The position numbers and the translations under genes are program-made. From Enoplolaimus lenunculus (Eukaryota), in contig JASANG010000440.1 in assembly GCA_030248215.1 (NCBI GenBank), forward strand, positions 434,001 to 498,000: a stretch of DNA of 64,000 nucleotides, in the 5' to 3' direction. The notes below the pieces were generated by a model. That model searched no databases and was not told the DNA's origin. It saw only the letters and a program-made list of their open reading frames with translations. Numbering within the stretch: the stretch's first letter is position 1; each line of letters begins with the position of its first letter. Below are positions 12,233-25,931 of the stretch, one piece after another.

Positions 12233-12442
12233 ATGGTGAGCCAAATTGACTGTCTCCGAAATAAGCTCTACGGGACTACACAAACTGAGTCAAATTCAAC
12301 TTCGCCAGAGTCAAAATCGACTCACTGAGCGACTCGGGTGAGTCGAATTTTACTCTGGCGAAGTCGCATTTTGACTCATTTTGTCTAGTCCGGAAAAGCC
12401 TATTTCAAACAGAGTCGATTTGACTCACCATTTTTTGCAGTG
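12233..12442. mobile_element. Palindromic MITE (CACTGCAAAAA end; GAGTCA/TGACTC-rich)
   Basis: Self-complementary arms; related copies at about 60-195 and 60190-60388 also end in TTTTTTGCAGTG. Confidence 0.65.
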
Positions 12443-15400
12443 TAGAAAACATTTTCTACCCGTTATAGTATGGAGGCCCTGTACCCAGCTTAACTTGTCG
12501 AGGACATCTGTCAGGTGATGAATCATGGGCCATTTCACAAGACCCATAAATGGGTCTTTGTTCAGTATCGAACTCTGGTTGAAAAACAAAATGCGGGCTC
12601 TTACCAACTGCCAATCCCTGATAAACCTTCCTGCTGCTCATCAGGACAACTTCACATTCGAGCAACGTTTATGTCTTTCCGGAATCTTTTGGAAGATTAA
12701 AATTGAACATTAACTCCTAGTCGAAAATGTTAAAATCCCATTCAAACGTGAAGTTTTTGTAGCGAAAACTCGCAGATGCAATTTTACGCCAATAAACCTA
12801 CAGCTACAAGCGGTTTGATGAAAAATATCATTTTCGTTCTGAATCTTGTCATGAAACTATATGAATAATTTACAGACGGCTGCTATCATGCGTATTAAAG
12901 CTATAAATTATCAGTTCAAGCCAGATGACGAATTTAATCTTTCATACATTTGAATTGATCGCTCAGCAACTTGGTTTCCGATTGGCCAATCAAAATGCAG
13001 GTGCAACAAATTCAAGCGCGACTTACAGCGGTGTCTACACGTGGGAGTTATATTTAATAGCATGTATTTCGGCGGCTTATTTCCAGCTGCGAGAACTTCA
13101 CAATTGCGGTAAATAAATCAGTATCCGACTCCAGTTCCTGTAGTTGGTAAATTAATATCCGGTTGCATCCTGCGTGGAAGCCGCTTGATATATATTAGTG
13201 AAAACACTAAACCTACTCTTTTATGGACCCACCAGAAACCTGGACGCCCCTTAAAGTTACATGGACCCACTTAGACAACAGTGACAGCCCTAACTCTGCT
13301 AATTCTGTTGTTTATTTCTATGCCGTAAAGCATAATTTCCTAAAATCAAAACATCCGCTTTTAATCCAAACATCTGAGTTTATTTAATCCCGAAACAATT
13401 CTAAGAAGTTTTCCGCTCACAAAACTAAGTTGTTTACCTTTAATGTAAAATCTTTCGAATTCAATTCTCAACAAATCTCTTAATTCAACTCGATTCAAGT
13501 TATAAGAGTTGGCAAATTGCCGCTGTTGAAAAGGAAGCGATGATAATTTTCTCAACTGAACTTTGATTTACTTAATACGTTTTGACAAAACACTAACACA
13601 GATCAGAAGACATCGCCTTAATATTTTGCGAAGAAAATTACAGTTTCATCGGTAAAAAATATTCACCCTTAATATTAAAATGTTGCTTAGTAGTAAATAC
13701 TAAACTAAAGCTTCTTCAACAATAGGCTAAATTGTTGCCAGAAACACTCATATTTAAGTGAACGAAATTAAAAAAAAACTGCTTTTTGAAAAGCTGTAGT
13801 GCTTTGCAGTTATATAAAACGCATCCGAAACAATAGGTATTCTCAATGCATACAGTCTTAATTTGCATACGTAACGTGCATCAAACTCTGTTGGAACGTT
13901 GCCCAAAATACACATGTCGAGCGTTCCAGCTTTAATATATAGATATTAACCCTTGCCCGCATAGAGTATACTATTTAGCAACACATCACCAAAAATAATG
14001 GATAGCTAGCAAGTTTGACACATGTGCAACTTTCAAGTATATAAATAAGTATGATCCTTATATACGCTCCTGCTTACATAAAATGTATACTTATTTGCAT
14101 ATTTAAGTCTGCGGAAACGATGCCCAAAATACGTATGTGGAACGTTCCAGGTTTAATAATAAAGATACACATTATTACTATAACGTAGGCAGGACGCACG
14201 TATGACTCCAGGGCATATATCATTTGGGCATTATTCCTAGAATATATCTCTAGAATTGTTCACTCAGTTAACCTAAAACACCTACATATCCTAATTTATA
14301 TTATTCACCTGAACCTTTTGATTAGTTTGAAACCTATGAACCCATCAAATAAGTGTCGCTTTGGCTTCTAATACTCAAATCCGGCAATCGAGCTTATCTG
14401 CCGGATTGAAACTTCCGGTTGCAGCCGAAGAATTCAAATCCTATAAACGAACTCGATGACAGCATAGGATGTCTCACATATTGATACAATATCAACCGGA
14501 ACCCGACCCGTAGATCAGATGAGGGCAGGTGGGCTGAGCGTTTATGGACCAATTTTGGCTCCCCTAGAAAATTTTCAAGCCTGCTTGTAAATCATCGAAA
14601 CCCAAAGTATGCCCCTACTGAAAAATTGTGCGACCTCCTGACAAGGTGAGCTATCTACGGACCTGCCGGAACCATAGCTAAACAACCAGGAAATGATTTC
14701 GGTTTCAATTAAGATTAATCTAAAACGCACTTGAGTGTATTTTCCAGTTCAAATGCAAATGGTTTCGTTGAATTGACACATTTAACTCAATCGTTTCGAA
14801 ATAAATAAAAATATAATTAAATATAAACATAGTTACACAAATAATATATATTTATGTTTCGGATCTGTATATATTTGTATGTATGCAGTGTAAATTCCAT
14901 TGAGTTGGTTAATTAACTCAGAATGAGTTCAAACAATTCAGAATTCTGAGTTGTAACAGACCAAAATCAGAGCTCAAACTTTTGAGAGTGGATTCAGCTC
15001 ATTCTGAGTTAATATCAACTCACTCGAAATTACAGTGTGTATGTGTATACAAGAAACAATAATGAAAACAAACACAAATGAAAAAGCACAAAAAAACCCC
15101 GAATATACGGCATAATAGCAAATATATCTTATAAACGTTTTATACCACAGCGGTAGATTTCACGTCCAGATAGGACTCCATAGAACAGACGCTACAGTGG
15201 CATAGGGTAGAAATACCGCAAAACGGCCTATGCTCATAGAACAACGCGCTGGTTGTGAGTGTTCTCTAACTACAGGGTAGTCGCTAGCCATGCCACGCAC
15301 GATATGTGACGGAACAAAAATATTCAAGTGGAATATACAGGGAATGTTGTAATATTCTGCGACGGGAACAAAAATTTTTTCCACCGACACCAAAAACTCG

Positions 15401-16159
15401 ATTACACTTTTACCGACATTTACGCTTTGGATTACGATCAACTATAGCAACAGGCTTAAGCAATATTCGTAAAATGTTAGCAATCGCCTAAAACGCCGTT
15501 ATCTTATTTTAAGCCTGAGAGCCCCTAGCCCTTTCACTTTAAATGTGGAAAATGCTCAAATCAAATAAGCGGACCCAGATTTTTCTCACGGTGCTCAACC
15601 ATACCCCTGATCCGTGTCTCTGGTCTCGCTATGACCACCTTTATCTATACGGTTGGTATACACCTAGTATTTTGGGTACCCTAAGGAAATCAACAACAGC
15701 TACTTGTATTATAAAACGAAACAAAATGTAGAATATACCCCGTAGCCTATCGAGCCTTGGCTTGATGGAGTATATAGAATTGTGCGCTACCACCGCATGT
15801 ATAATATACATGTATGTATGTATATATTCAATAGGCTTTTAGGGATATATACAAGTGAGCACATGTGGCAGTTGCCTCAAAGGGGATGAGCGGTCGGGTT
15901 TAAGTTCGATTTTAGGTTTTGGCACCAGTGTAAAAATAGGTTTGGGTTTTAGGTATAAGCTCAATAGGTTTGAAAATAGTAGAACCAGGGTTGCAGCTTA
16001 GGGAATATATCACCTATCATATTTGTTTGGTGTGAAGGAACTACGTTGTAAATCCCAACGAGTTTATTAATCAACTCATAATTGCGAGTTCATTATTTCT
16101 GAGTTAATAACAGTCAGCACTCTGAGTTGATTCAACCTAGAGTGAACGATGCATACATT

Positions 16160-16354
16160 GGCCCATGTAAACGATCAGGGGCGGAACGTTTTTCTGTGCG
16201 ACTGCAATAGAGTAAGCATAAGCTTTAGACTAATTTTTGCTTGGCTTAGGCTTAGGCTTAGGCATATGCTCATTGTTACGCTTAGGCTTAGGCTTAGACT
16301 GAGGCCTAGGAATATGCATATAATTCTGTTCCGCCCCTGTTCTTTACATTGGCC
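16160..16354 (+). mobile_element. TTAGGC-carrying MITE (subfamily 1)
   Basis: Both TIRs present with internal TTAGGC arrays; TSD degenerate. Confidence 0.85.
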
Positions 16355-17280
16355 CACACTTCAACAAGAGTATGCGCTGGGAACTTTCTGTGTAGGAAAA
16401 ATGTAGCCGGCACGCGTAGCGTTTTTGCAAAACCCATCCTTTATCTATAGAGGGGAACAACCAGTGCGAAACATGACACTATGTGTAACCTGCCTCACAA
16501 ATGTTCCGCTTAGTATAATTTAAGGTTATTGCTTGTGACAGCGACCCCCCTCTCAACAAAAGGGTGGGATCGGCCAAAAACGCAACGCCCGGTGGTACAT
16601 TTGGTACCATACAGAACCCCAAGAGTTGCACACTCTTGTATTATGCACTCGTGATTGAACTCATTCGAAGTTTTTGCCCCCCTGAAATTATTTATCCATC
16701 TCAGTTTACCTCAACCAATGAAAATTGTTCTAACAAAACTTTTCAATATATATTCTTCTCACAACTTTGCGTCGGTTTCATTAAAGTAGTGGCGGATCCC
16801 GGATTTCCTGAAAGAGGGTGCGTATATAGAATTTTGAAAAATACAGCACCTAAGATGCCGTTAACCGTTTGGGGCCCATGTAAAGATCAAGGGCGCAACG
16901 TTTTTCTGTGGAACTAGAAAAGAGTAAGCTTAAAAGCTTTACACTAATTTTTTGTGTAGGCTTTTGTTACTGACCATGAGTATCCGCTGGTCGCGTTGCA
17001 GTTTGATCGTCAGGTGAACTGCCCGCTAGATCTTGCACTAACTAATACGTTTCTTAGGGTAACGGAAAAATTTCACATCGATACGCTTTGCTAACAAAAA
17101 TATACGGAAAATCTGGTTGGTAACGGGCGTCAAATTTGAATAAAAACATTTAATCATGGCCTGCGGCAACGCACTGTGGAATAATATCCCAATTTTAAAT
17201 TTATCCTAAATTTTAATACTAAAATTTGAAAATATTTGAATGATACTTGAAAGTTTGTCTCTTAATCTGCCCATATTTCA

Positions 17281-17620
17281 ACCAGACAATATTAACATCA
17301 GTGTCATCGCTTTTCCTATGTGGGTTAACCGACATTTAAGTCATTCTTAGGGTTTGGCATAAAATATGATTAAAAACACAACAAATCACAGGAGATTTTT
17401 CTTTAGAACAAGGGAATTTTTATGCCGCAAATATCAAGATAAGCCATAACACCAGACAATATTAACATCAGTGTCATCGCTTTTCCTATGTGGGTTAACC
17501 GACATTTAAGTCATTCTTAGGGTTTGGGATAAAATATGATTAAAAACACAACAAATCACAGGAGATTTTTCTTTAGAACAAGGGAATTTTTATGCCGCAA
17601 ATATCAAGATAAGCCATAAC
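17281..17620. repeat. Near-perfect tandem duplication, 170-bp unit x2
   Basis: ACCAGACAATATTAACATCAG starts at 17281 and 17451. Confidence 0.92.
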
Positions 17621-17701
17621 AGAAGCGTATACACATGGTACATAAACTGGGCAAAATTGACACAAAGGAACGATAAAAATAGTCATTTTTATAGGCGGTG
17701 T

Positions 17702-17907
17702 GGCCAATGTAAAGAACAGGGGCGGAACAATATTATAAGCTAATTCCTAAGCCTAAGATGAAGCCGAAGCGTAAGAATGAGTTTATTCCTAAGCCTAAGC
17801 CTAAGCCTACGCCTAACCTAAGCTAAGCAAAAAATTAGTCTAAAGGTTAAGCTTATTCTATTCTATTCCCACAGACAAACATTCCGCCCCTGCTTGTTCC
17901 ATGGACC
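17702..17907 (-). mobile_element. TTAGGC-carrying MITE (subfamily 1)
   Basis: GGCCAATGTAAAGAACAGGGGCGGAAC ... TTCCGCCCCTGCTTGTTCCATGGACC, with GCCTAA arrays. Confidence 0.8.
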
Positions 17908-18469
17908 GGTTTTGTTATAAACCTACAGCTTCGTAGAAGTTTAAAAAATTTCTCGCTCGTTACAGTCGTTCACAAATATTATTTAGTTTTTGTTACACTC
18001 GCATCAAAATGTAATTGCACGCTACACCCCTGCCTAAAGCCAAAAGATTAATCACACAGACTCCGTGTAAAAGCCAAAATAATTGAAGCTCAACTTTTGC
18101 AAACAAATCAATTTCATGAATAATTATTATTGGTGGTTAGTTTTACAACGAAATCAAGGGGATCATACACAAACGCCTCCCTCTTGAAATTAAAAATCAC
18201 AAATCTGTGGACAATCCAAAAACATATATATGTATATATATAATCTGTATTATTATGTGTTAACACTCACGAATTATATCTTAGTCACTAACACATGTAT
18301 TAATTACAGTGTATTTTGCATCACACGCATGTATTTAACACATAAAGTTTTTGTACACTTTTCCCGCATGCTTTTAGGTTTAGGTTTACAACGAGGTTTA
18401 GCTAAGTTCTTAGTCTATAAACCTTAAATGTAAGCCTTAACCTAAAATGTGAGGGGCAAAGTGCACAAC

Positions 18470-19090
18470 AGCCCACATAACATACACACACAACAGCAAA
18501 CGTTCGTTCAGATTTCATGATACACGCGTGCATTCAAGCGCATTTCAATTTATACACATACAAACAACACACATGTTTCTATTAAATGCACACACACTTA
18601 GAGACACACACTCACACACAGAAACACACACGTGTATTAGAATAAACACATAGCACTCACATATACAACAATACACATGCTATAAGCTGCATTTGTGTTG
18701 TTGTTGTTGTGTTGTTTGTATGTGTATAAATTGACGTGCGTTTGAATACGATAATACATTTCAAACACAACACTCACATTTGGTTTGCTACATACAAACC
18801 TCATAACATATTCTAAAAAGCACGTCAATTTATATAAACAACAACACATATGTGACTTTCAATGCACACATGCGTGCACATACACATGGACATGCGACGC
18901 ACATATAAACGCTCATGTTCGCACACATGCTCTCATGTAAGTGCGAATTTGCACATCAAAGATGACACACATGTATGCACACAATTCGCATATATACACA
19001 ATATATACATATATATACACAACAGTTCACATATATACATTCATACATGCAATATATACATCCATACACGCAATATACACATATATTGAC
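18470..19090. repeat. CA/TA-rich low-complexity tract
   Basis: Degenerate ACAC/ATAT runs. Confidence 0.7.
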
Positions 19091-19913
19091 AAATAAGCAC
19101 TCTGTATATCCGTTGTATACGGAACCTTGGTGAAAGTACAATCATTGTTTGAACCATACAAACCCGGGGTGAACGAAAAGCAGAGACCGGGCAGAAGCCC
19201 TCGTCCCACAGATCCAAATTGCATTTTGCCTAACACAGGCATCGCCATTTATTGAATAATCGTTACTGATTTGCCAGATTTATTTTAGCAACCAATACTT
19301 TTTTCGTCGTGTTTTACCGACACTTTATCGAACCAAATTTTGGACCGCATCTCAGATATTTTCGTAAATGCCATTTCAAGACCTACAACTTGCTGCTAAA
19401 TTTAGACTACCTTTCTGGGTGATTCAGAACGGCTAGAATTTTTGTCAAATCCGCTGCACATAAAACAGTTTCAACTGGATGTAAATGATGAAAACATGCA
19501 AAACAGCTTTCCTGACAGATGTTAATATATTACGTACGTATATTTTGTGAGCCAGGATCCCGTATCCTCAAATGTGTAGCATCTATTACCAGTTGGTTAT
19601 AGGTCTGGTAGCAAAGTGAGGTTCAACGTTAAGCGCATTTTTGCATTCGATGTATTCAACCTAAGTGACATTGAGATGCGCACTTGTAGCAGTTGGTCAG
19701 TTTGAAACCATCTCTAACTCGCGATAGGTGCTATAAGCATTTGATAATATGGGCCAAGGCTTGGTCATGGTATTAACAGATAAATCGATAACGAACGTTA
19801 GAGGCGTACACAACGAGAGTGGTACATAGAACATATCATCTCTAGAAATTTCAAAACTCCTTTAACACGCATTGTAACAACTATACGGATCTTTAATGAC
19901 GAAACAAATTTGC

Positions 19914-20395
19914 GCTTACAGGAGGTCATTCACTCCCGAACTGAAATGCTTGCTACTGTTCTGATGGCATTCGCTTACAGGAGGTCATTCACTCCCGAAC
20001 TTAAATGCTTGCTACTGTTCGGATGGCATTCGCTTACATGAGGTCATTCACTCCCGAACTAAAATACTTGCTACTGTTCTGATGGCATTCGCTTACTGAC
20101 AGGAGGTCATTCACTCCCGAACTGAAATGCTTGCTACTGTTCTGATGGCATTCGCTTACTGACAGGAGGTCATTCACTCCCGAACTGAAATGCTTGCTAC
20201 TGTTCTGATGGCATTCGCTTACTGACAGGAGGTCATTCACTCCCGAACTGAAATGCTTGCTACTATTCTGATGGCATTCGCTTACAGGATGTCATTCACT
20301 CCCGAACTGAAATGCTTGCTACTGTTCTGATGGCATTCGCTTACAGGAGGTCATTCACTCCCGAACTGAAATGCTTGCTACTGTTCTGATGGCAT
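19914..20395. repeat. Minisatellite, 59/63-bp unit x~8
   Basis: GCTTAC(TGAC)AGGAGGTCATTCACTCCCGAACTGAAATGCTTGCTACTGTTCTGATGGCATTC repeated head to tail. Confidence 0.95.
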
Positions 20396-20592
20396 ACGTG
20401 TTGCTGAATTGTTAGTCTTGGGCGCAAAATTATATTTTAGAAGTGGCACGGGTATAAGGGTAATATAGAATTGTTTCGACACAGTAGAAAAATTTTCGGC
20501 TGGTGGAAGGCGTAGAAGTCTGTAGGACTCACGGCGCGCCCTCCATACTGGTTTATCTGTATCTGCACCGTGGTGTTGATTTTGCTGGAGTT

Positions 20593-20844
20593 CACTGTAA
20601 ATTCCAATGAGTTGATTAATCAATTCACATAGCGAGTTGGTTATTTCTGAATTAATATCAGTAAACGTTAACTCACTCTGAGTTAAGTTGATTCTCACTC
20701 TGAGTTGAGTTGACTCTGGGTGAGTTGTTTAATTAACTAAGAATGAAATGAATCAACTCAAAATTCTGAGTTCTAATAGTCCTATCTCAGACTGAGTGAT
20801 TCAACTCATTCTGAGTTAAAATCAACTCACTGAAATTTACAGTG
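20593..20844. mobile_element. MITE with CACTGTAAA/TTTACAGTG ends and AACTCA/TGAGTT-rich interior
   Basis: Related copies at about 14886-15037, 61201-61448 (TA-flanked) and a partial copy at about 16045-16140. Confidence 0.7.
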
Positions 20845-22507
20845 TTCTATTGCTTTTATGCTCGAATGTTTCTTTTTTTGCTTTTTGTTGTTCGTTGGTG
20901 TTGGTGTTGTTGTTACCACTGGAGAGCCGATCACACAACTTGTCTGTTTCAAAGGTTAATTTTCATTTTTAACCGGATTCTTCACAATTTGCCACAAAGC
21001 ACCAACAATTGTTAATCCTGCATATTTTGAATGGCGGAATAGGACCATGAGCAGGCATTGAATAATTATAACAAATTTGGACGCAACAGAAATTTTGATA
21101 GAGCCCTTAACTTACTATACTATAAATGTTACACACATTTAAGAATACGGCAAATAATAATAGCATTTGAACAATAATACAAATCAACGCTATAGAAAAT
21201 AGCATAAGTAATTATTAGACAACTTTTGTCTTAATTAACTTTCCATTTCTTTTAAGATAACACCAGACATTTTGAATAATTCCTAAACAGGCAAGAATTA
21301 AAGATACATTTGTACTGTACAAATCATTTAGTTTAGTCGTTGGCTTGAATCTAATTTGATGTTGGAATAAATTTGTGACTATCATATGACACATGGATAT
21401 TTGTAAGCGACGATTGCTTGACAGAATCAGTGATTTGTCAGCCAATATCATGTTAAGTTCCCAACATTTTATTTTAACGTCGAATCAACATGAAACATAA
21501 CGTGTTTCAAATGGCCCCAGTTAACGTGAACCACGCATTAGCTTTCTTAAATTACGCTGGTGCGGTTTGTCTTTGTAAACGACTACAACATACAAAATCA
21601 GTCTAAAAGAAAAATACTGATATACAGGACCAGAAATTTAAGTTTCAAATCGTTAAATCTTAGTCTGAAAAATGAAGCATATATACGTTTTGGATAACAT
21701 GCACCACCTTTAACTTTCTAAGGTTAACTAAGTTGAAATTGAGTGTCTAAAGTATCATGAGATTTTCTGTTTGTTTCAACACTATTCCTTTGCAGTTTCG
21801 CTTTGCAGAGCCAAAAAAGATTGCCAATTTGTACATGCGACGTTTTTGAGAATTGGTGCAGCCTACAGAAACCCTAAATCAATATTACACTTGTTAAAAC
21901 CAATTTTCCGGATAGTCACAAATTTTGTAGTTCCGATTCTGATTCCGGTATAATTCAGTTCCGTTTTGCACAATGGGTGAAACATACAAAACTTCAAGCT
22001 AAAGCTATAAATACTGTCGACAGCTGTGTTGTGGCGACACGGACTACGCTGAGCAACTCACACGTGTGCACGTTTTGTTCAAAAAACCAATTCACAAAAC
22101 TTGGAGCTGGAATCGCTTGCAGACTGAAGTTGCAGCACGAAGTTCTTGTTGCAAAAACTTGCACATTGCAGGGTCGGATCCAGAAAAAAATAAACGAATT
22201 TCACTTCACATGTTATTCTATCCACGGTGCATACTGATTACTGATAATGCATAGAATATTGGATTAGAGCGAATGATGTTGGTACGAAGTGTCTACGCCA
22301 TAATGATACTAACGAAGGTGGTTCACAGACACCCAGTAACCCCTGGATCCGGCTCTGTATTACAGTTCTAGCTAGAAGTTCACATTGCACAAACTTGCAC
22401 TTGAAAGTAGATCTTTAAGCTAAGTCGCTTAAGCAAAATTTCAACTCAAGTTAAAATCGGAGTCGAGTCACGTCTCCCAAAGCTGACCAAGAAGAGCAAT
22501 GCTTGCA

Positions 22508-22915
22508 TTAGCTTTTAGCCTTCGATTGTTTATACTTAACATACGAATACATCGTACACCCTAAAGTATTCAGCACAATCCCTGATAAATGTCTCAGCGT
22601 TAAATCTGTATCATCAAACCAAACCGATGACGTCACTATTGCAAGTGCAGTTTGCACAACACCTTTCGCGTTACCGACAACTGCAGTTGTCAATGCACTA
22701 TTGCGCGCTGTGCATTCAAACGCTAAAAATTGCATTAACGAAGCGCATAGCAGTGACGTTGCAACTGTGGCGACAAATGCTGGCGACGGACTTCGCAATC
22801 CAAGATCGATCATTACGTTGCTAAGCGACGCTGTATCAGGTAAAATCGCCGATACAAATAATAATAAAAATATTGAATTGGTACAATTGACATACATTAA
22901 GTCAGGAATTGTATA

Positions 22916-22969
<54 letters not shown>

Positions 22970-25747
22970 GGTACTGTTGCTGCTACCACTCGTCAATCGT
23001 TCGACAAATAAATATTGTAATGCATGTCCGAAAACGCTGACAATCGCATTGCGATAAGCAAATAAATCAAAGTACGCGTCAGTTGCACCTGAAAATTGCA
23101 GTAAAATTATTACAACAAAATTTCATACTTTTTTCAGTTGTTACTATTGTAGAAATAAGAAAATATTTAGTGAATCCGGCTAGGAATAGTTTCTATGGGC
23201 CTTTTCTTTTGCAACGAATTAAGTGAGCCGATTAGAATTGCATTTTGTGGTTTGCCTTTTATATTCAGTACCAGGGTGTAAACCAGGGTGTAAACCGGAA
23301 TTCCGGTTCCGGCAATTTCTGAGCTTCCGGTTCCGGTTAATTTTTACCGGAATTAAAAATTTTGGTATTAAATTTTGGTCGTTGAAAATGAACATATTTT
23401 ACTAAAAATGACGATAAAAATTTAGTAGATTTCATTCGTATAGTATATAAACCTTGATAATCGCCGAAAACAAACCGTCGAAGGTAGATTGCGCTTCCGT
23501 GAATTATAAAAATCTAAAATACAACAGATAAAGTGAATACCTATCTCCAACTAAGGGTTATTTCGCCAATACTGCAAAAACGAAAATTAAAATGAATTTT
23601 TCGGTGTCATGTATTTATCGTTTTCCGGTTCCGTTTCCGGTAATGTTTTCAAATTCCGGTTTCGGTAAATTGTAAATCCGGTTGCACCCTGGTGTAACCC
23701 GATAGTACACTAACGGAAACGGAAAACTGATATTGAAGCATAAAAGTTTCAAAACTGTTTTTTATTTCTCTGCTAACGCAATTGAGGCGTGCATAAATTC
23801 TCCGGTCTTTCAAAGATTTTAAAGGAAACATGGCGGACGCATCGAAATTTTTAACGTTCTGGATGAATTTCGTAATTTTTATTTCATTTCGAACAATTGC
23901 AGCAGATCTGCAACAAAAAAGTGCGATATACAGAACTGATTTATAACTAAATTTGAACGTAAAAGTAACGTAATTTCCATTATTTCTATAACGTAAACGA
24001 AAACAGACGCCCATTTTTTACCGGAAACAGATATCCGGTTGCATCCTGTTTACTACGTAACAGGCAAACGCCAAACAAAACCATATGACCGTCAGTGATT
24101 AGATTTTAGTGATGCAAACGTGATTTCGGTCCAAAAATTTGTTAGTTTCCTTCTCAACGCAAAAACTACAGCTAACATCACTTGACCAGTGTTGTCAGCA
24201 ATTTGTTTCGTTGAGCCAATATCTCAACTTCAGCAAGGTAAGACGCCCCCGCCGACTTGAGCCAATAACAACCAGTTACCACTGACCTGCCCACACGGCT
24301 CCTGCAGTAATCAAGAGTATCGAAGCGACCACGCCTACGCTTGGTCTTGGCTTATTGAGTACCACAAGGCCAAGGGCAAGATTAACCAGCGGCACACATC
24401 GTTTAATGGCACCGTACATTGCAATATTGAGACCGGTAAGAGAGCTAAGCGCCGCCACTGTTTGTACGACATACAGCACTGATACCGGAAATACTGCACG
24501 GCCACGATCCAGCGTATAGTGTGAAATCGAATAGCGGCCCGTAACCCTGAAACCGAAACAAACCGGCTGTCAATATTTTTTTTACATAATTTTCTTTCGA
24601 ATACAATTCGAAACATACCGGATGCTGTGCGGTTTTGCTGGAAATGGTTTTCAACAGTGATTCGCTACTCTAAATTTATAATTTTGCAAGATTCAGTTCC
24701 AGGGAGAATGCATGTGATGTGCCGAGCATAACAAAAACGATTCACACATACGTTTTTTGGAGTGTACCGTTCACAAGTTATCGCCAATTGGGCCAATGCT
24801 ACTTTAAGGGGCGTAGCTGTCACCAGAAACCTGGACGCCCCTAAAAGTGACATGGGCCGCGAATTGTGTAAAAAACGATTATATGGAACGTTTCCTTGGC
24901 AGGGAAAAACATAAACATTTTTACACAACTCGAAAAAATTGTGTTCAAAAATATATTTTTTACCCATTTTTGTTAAAAATTTAAAATACTTTTGATTTGC
25001 AAATAAACAATTTTGTGACAGAAACACACACAGTTCAATTATTGCTTGCTAGCGATACCTGCACGAACTATAATGAACCTGGGCAGGTATTTCACTAGTG
25101 TATAATCTTACTTGAAACTTAGTCGCGATTGCGTTCAGCCAAATTATTCTGAGGCCTAAAAATGAGCATTATGTTTCGTATCTCAGGAGTCATTCAAGTA
25201 TTTGGCCCATGTATAGAACAGGGTCGAATCGTTCTCCAACGGGGCTGTATAGACTCAGTTTAAGCTTTTTAGGATAACTTTTTCGCTAGGCTTAGGCTGA
25301 GGCTTAGGAATAGGCTCATCTTTACGCTTAGTCAGGGACTTAAGCTTAGGAATATGCTTATATTACTGTTCCGACCCTGTTCTATACATGGGCCATACAA
25401 CTCATGCCCAATATTACGTTGAGGGACGTAGCAGTAGCATATTCAAGCCTAAACCTAACGTATCACTATAAGCCAAACTAGAGCCCAAACAAAAACCAGT
25501 CTAAAACCTTACGCTTACTTTATTGTGCTGCGGAAAAAACGGTACGACCCTCAAAGTAACAAGGGCTAAATCAATCATACCTGGCTATTTCCAGCACGAC
25601 CAATGTCACCGACAACTGAGTCAATAGAATAAACACAGGAAAGTCGAATTCAAACGATTTTACAAGAATTTTGTTCAAAAATACCATCCCAATTGACGAT
25701 GCACCGTACAATAACGCAATCCAAACATTTAGGGTTACAAGTGACAT
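22508..25747 (-). CDS. SLC35D-family (SLC35D3-like) nucleotide-sugar transporter, ~335 aa, 3 coding exons
   Basis: Exons 25581-25747, 24287-24546 and 22508-23088 total 1008 nt, in frame, GT-AG. Motifs YGASSIGMVFLNKILV..FEFDFP, LSSLTGLNIAMYGAIKRCVPLV and CTARNSALTTAVVGNAKG...GIVLNTLGCTMYSYVKY are typical of SLC35D/TPT-fold transporters. Confidence 0.88.
23272..24048. mobile_element. Nested hAT-like MITEs (CAGGGTGCAACCGG TIR family): inner copy 23284-23691 inserted in the left end of a relative
   Basis: Inner TSD GTGTAAAC/GTGTAACC; outer TSD TTCAGTAC/TTTACTAC; TTCCGG subterminal repeats. Confidence 0.75.
24791..24858. mobile_element. 68-bp minimal MITE (subfamily 2 TIRs, no TTAGGC core)
   Basis: GGCCAATGCTACTTTAAGGGGCGT...ACGCCCCTAAAAGTGACATGGGCC; TSD GCCAATTG/GCGAATTG (7/8). 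Confidence 0.8.
25204..25394 (+). mobile_element. TTAGGC-carrying MITE in intron 1 of the SLC35D-like gene
   Basis: TIRs GGCCCATGTATAGAACAGGGTCG / CGACCCTGTTCTATACATGGGCC. A degenerate subfamily-2 copy follows at about 25406-25567. Confidence 0.85.
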
Positions 25748-25931
25748 CCTGTAGCCGTGCAACGGGAGGTGAAAAATACTGGAGCCGGAGGTCAACAAAA
25801 CTTGTCGGAGCCAGAAAAGAAGCGAAATAACAGATTAAGCAATATATAATTTGTTAATTTTGTTTTCAAAGAAATGTAAACAATTTGTTCTCAAAATCAA
25901 CTATACAAAATTAATTTCACAGCCAAAATTA

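Noticed and set aside
19914..20395. Regularly spaced repeats resembling a CRISPR array (also 27957-28486 and 56490-56727)
   Set aside because: Units are head to tail with no unique spacers, there are no cas genes, and the context is eukaryotic.
3200..22500. Autonomous transposase or additional genes in the long gene-poor interval
   Set aside because: No long ORF or recognisable DDE, RT or helicase motifs were found by eye; small exons could have been missed.
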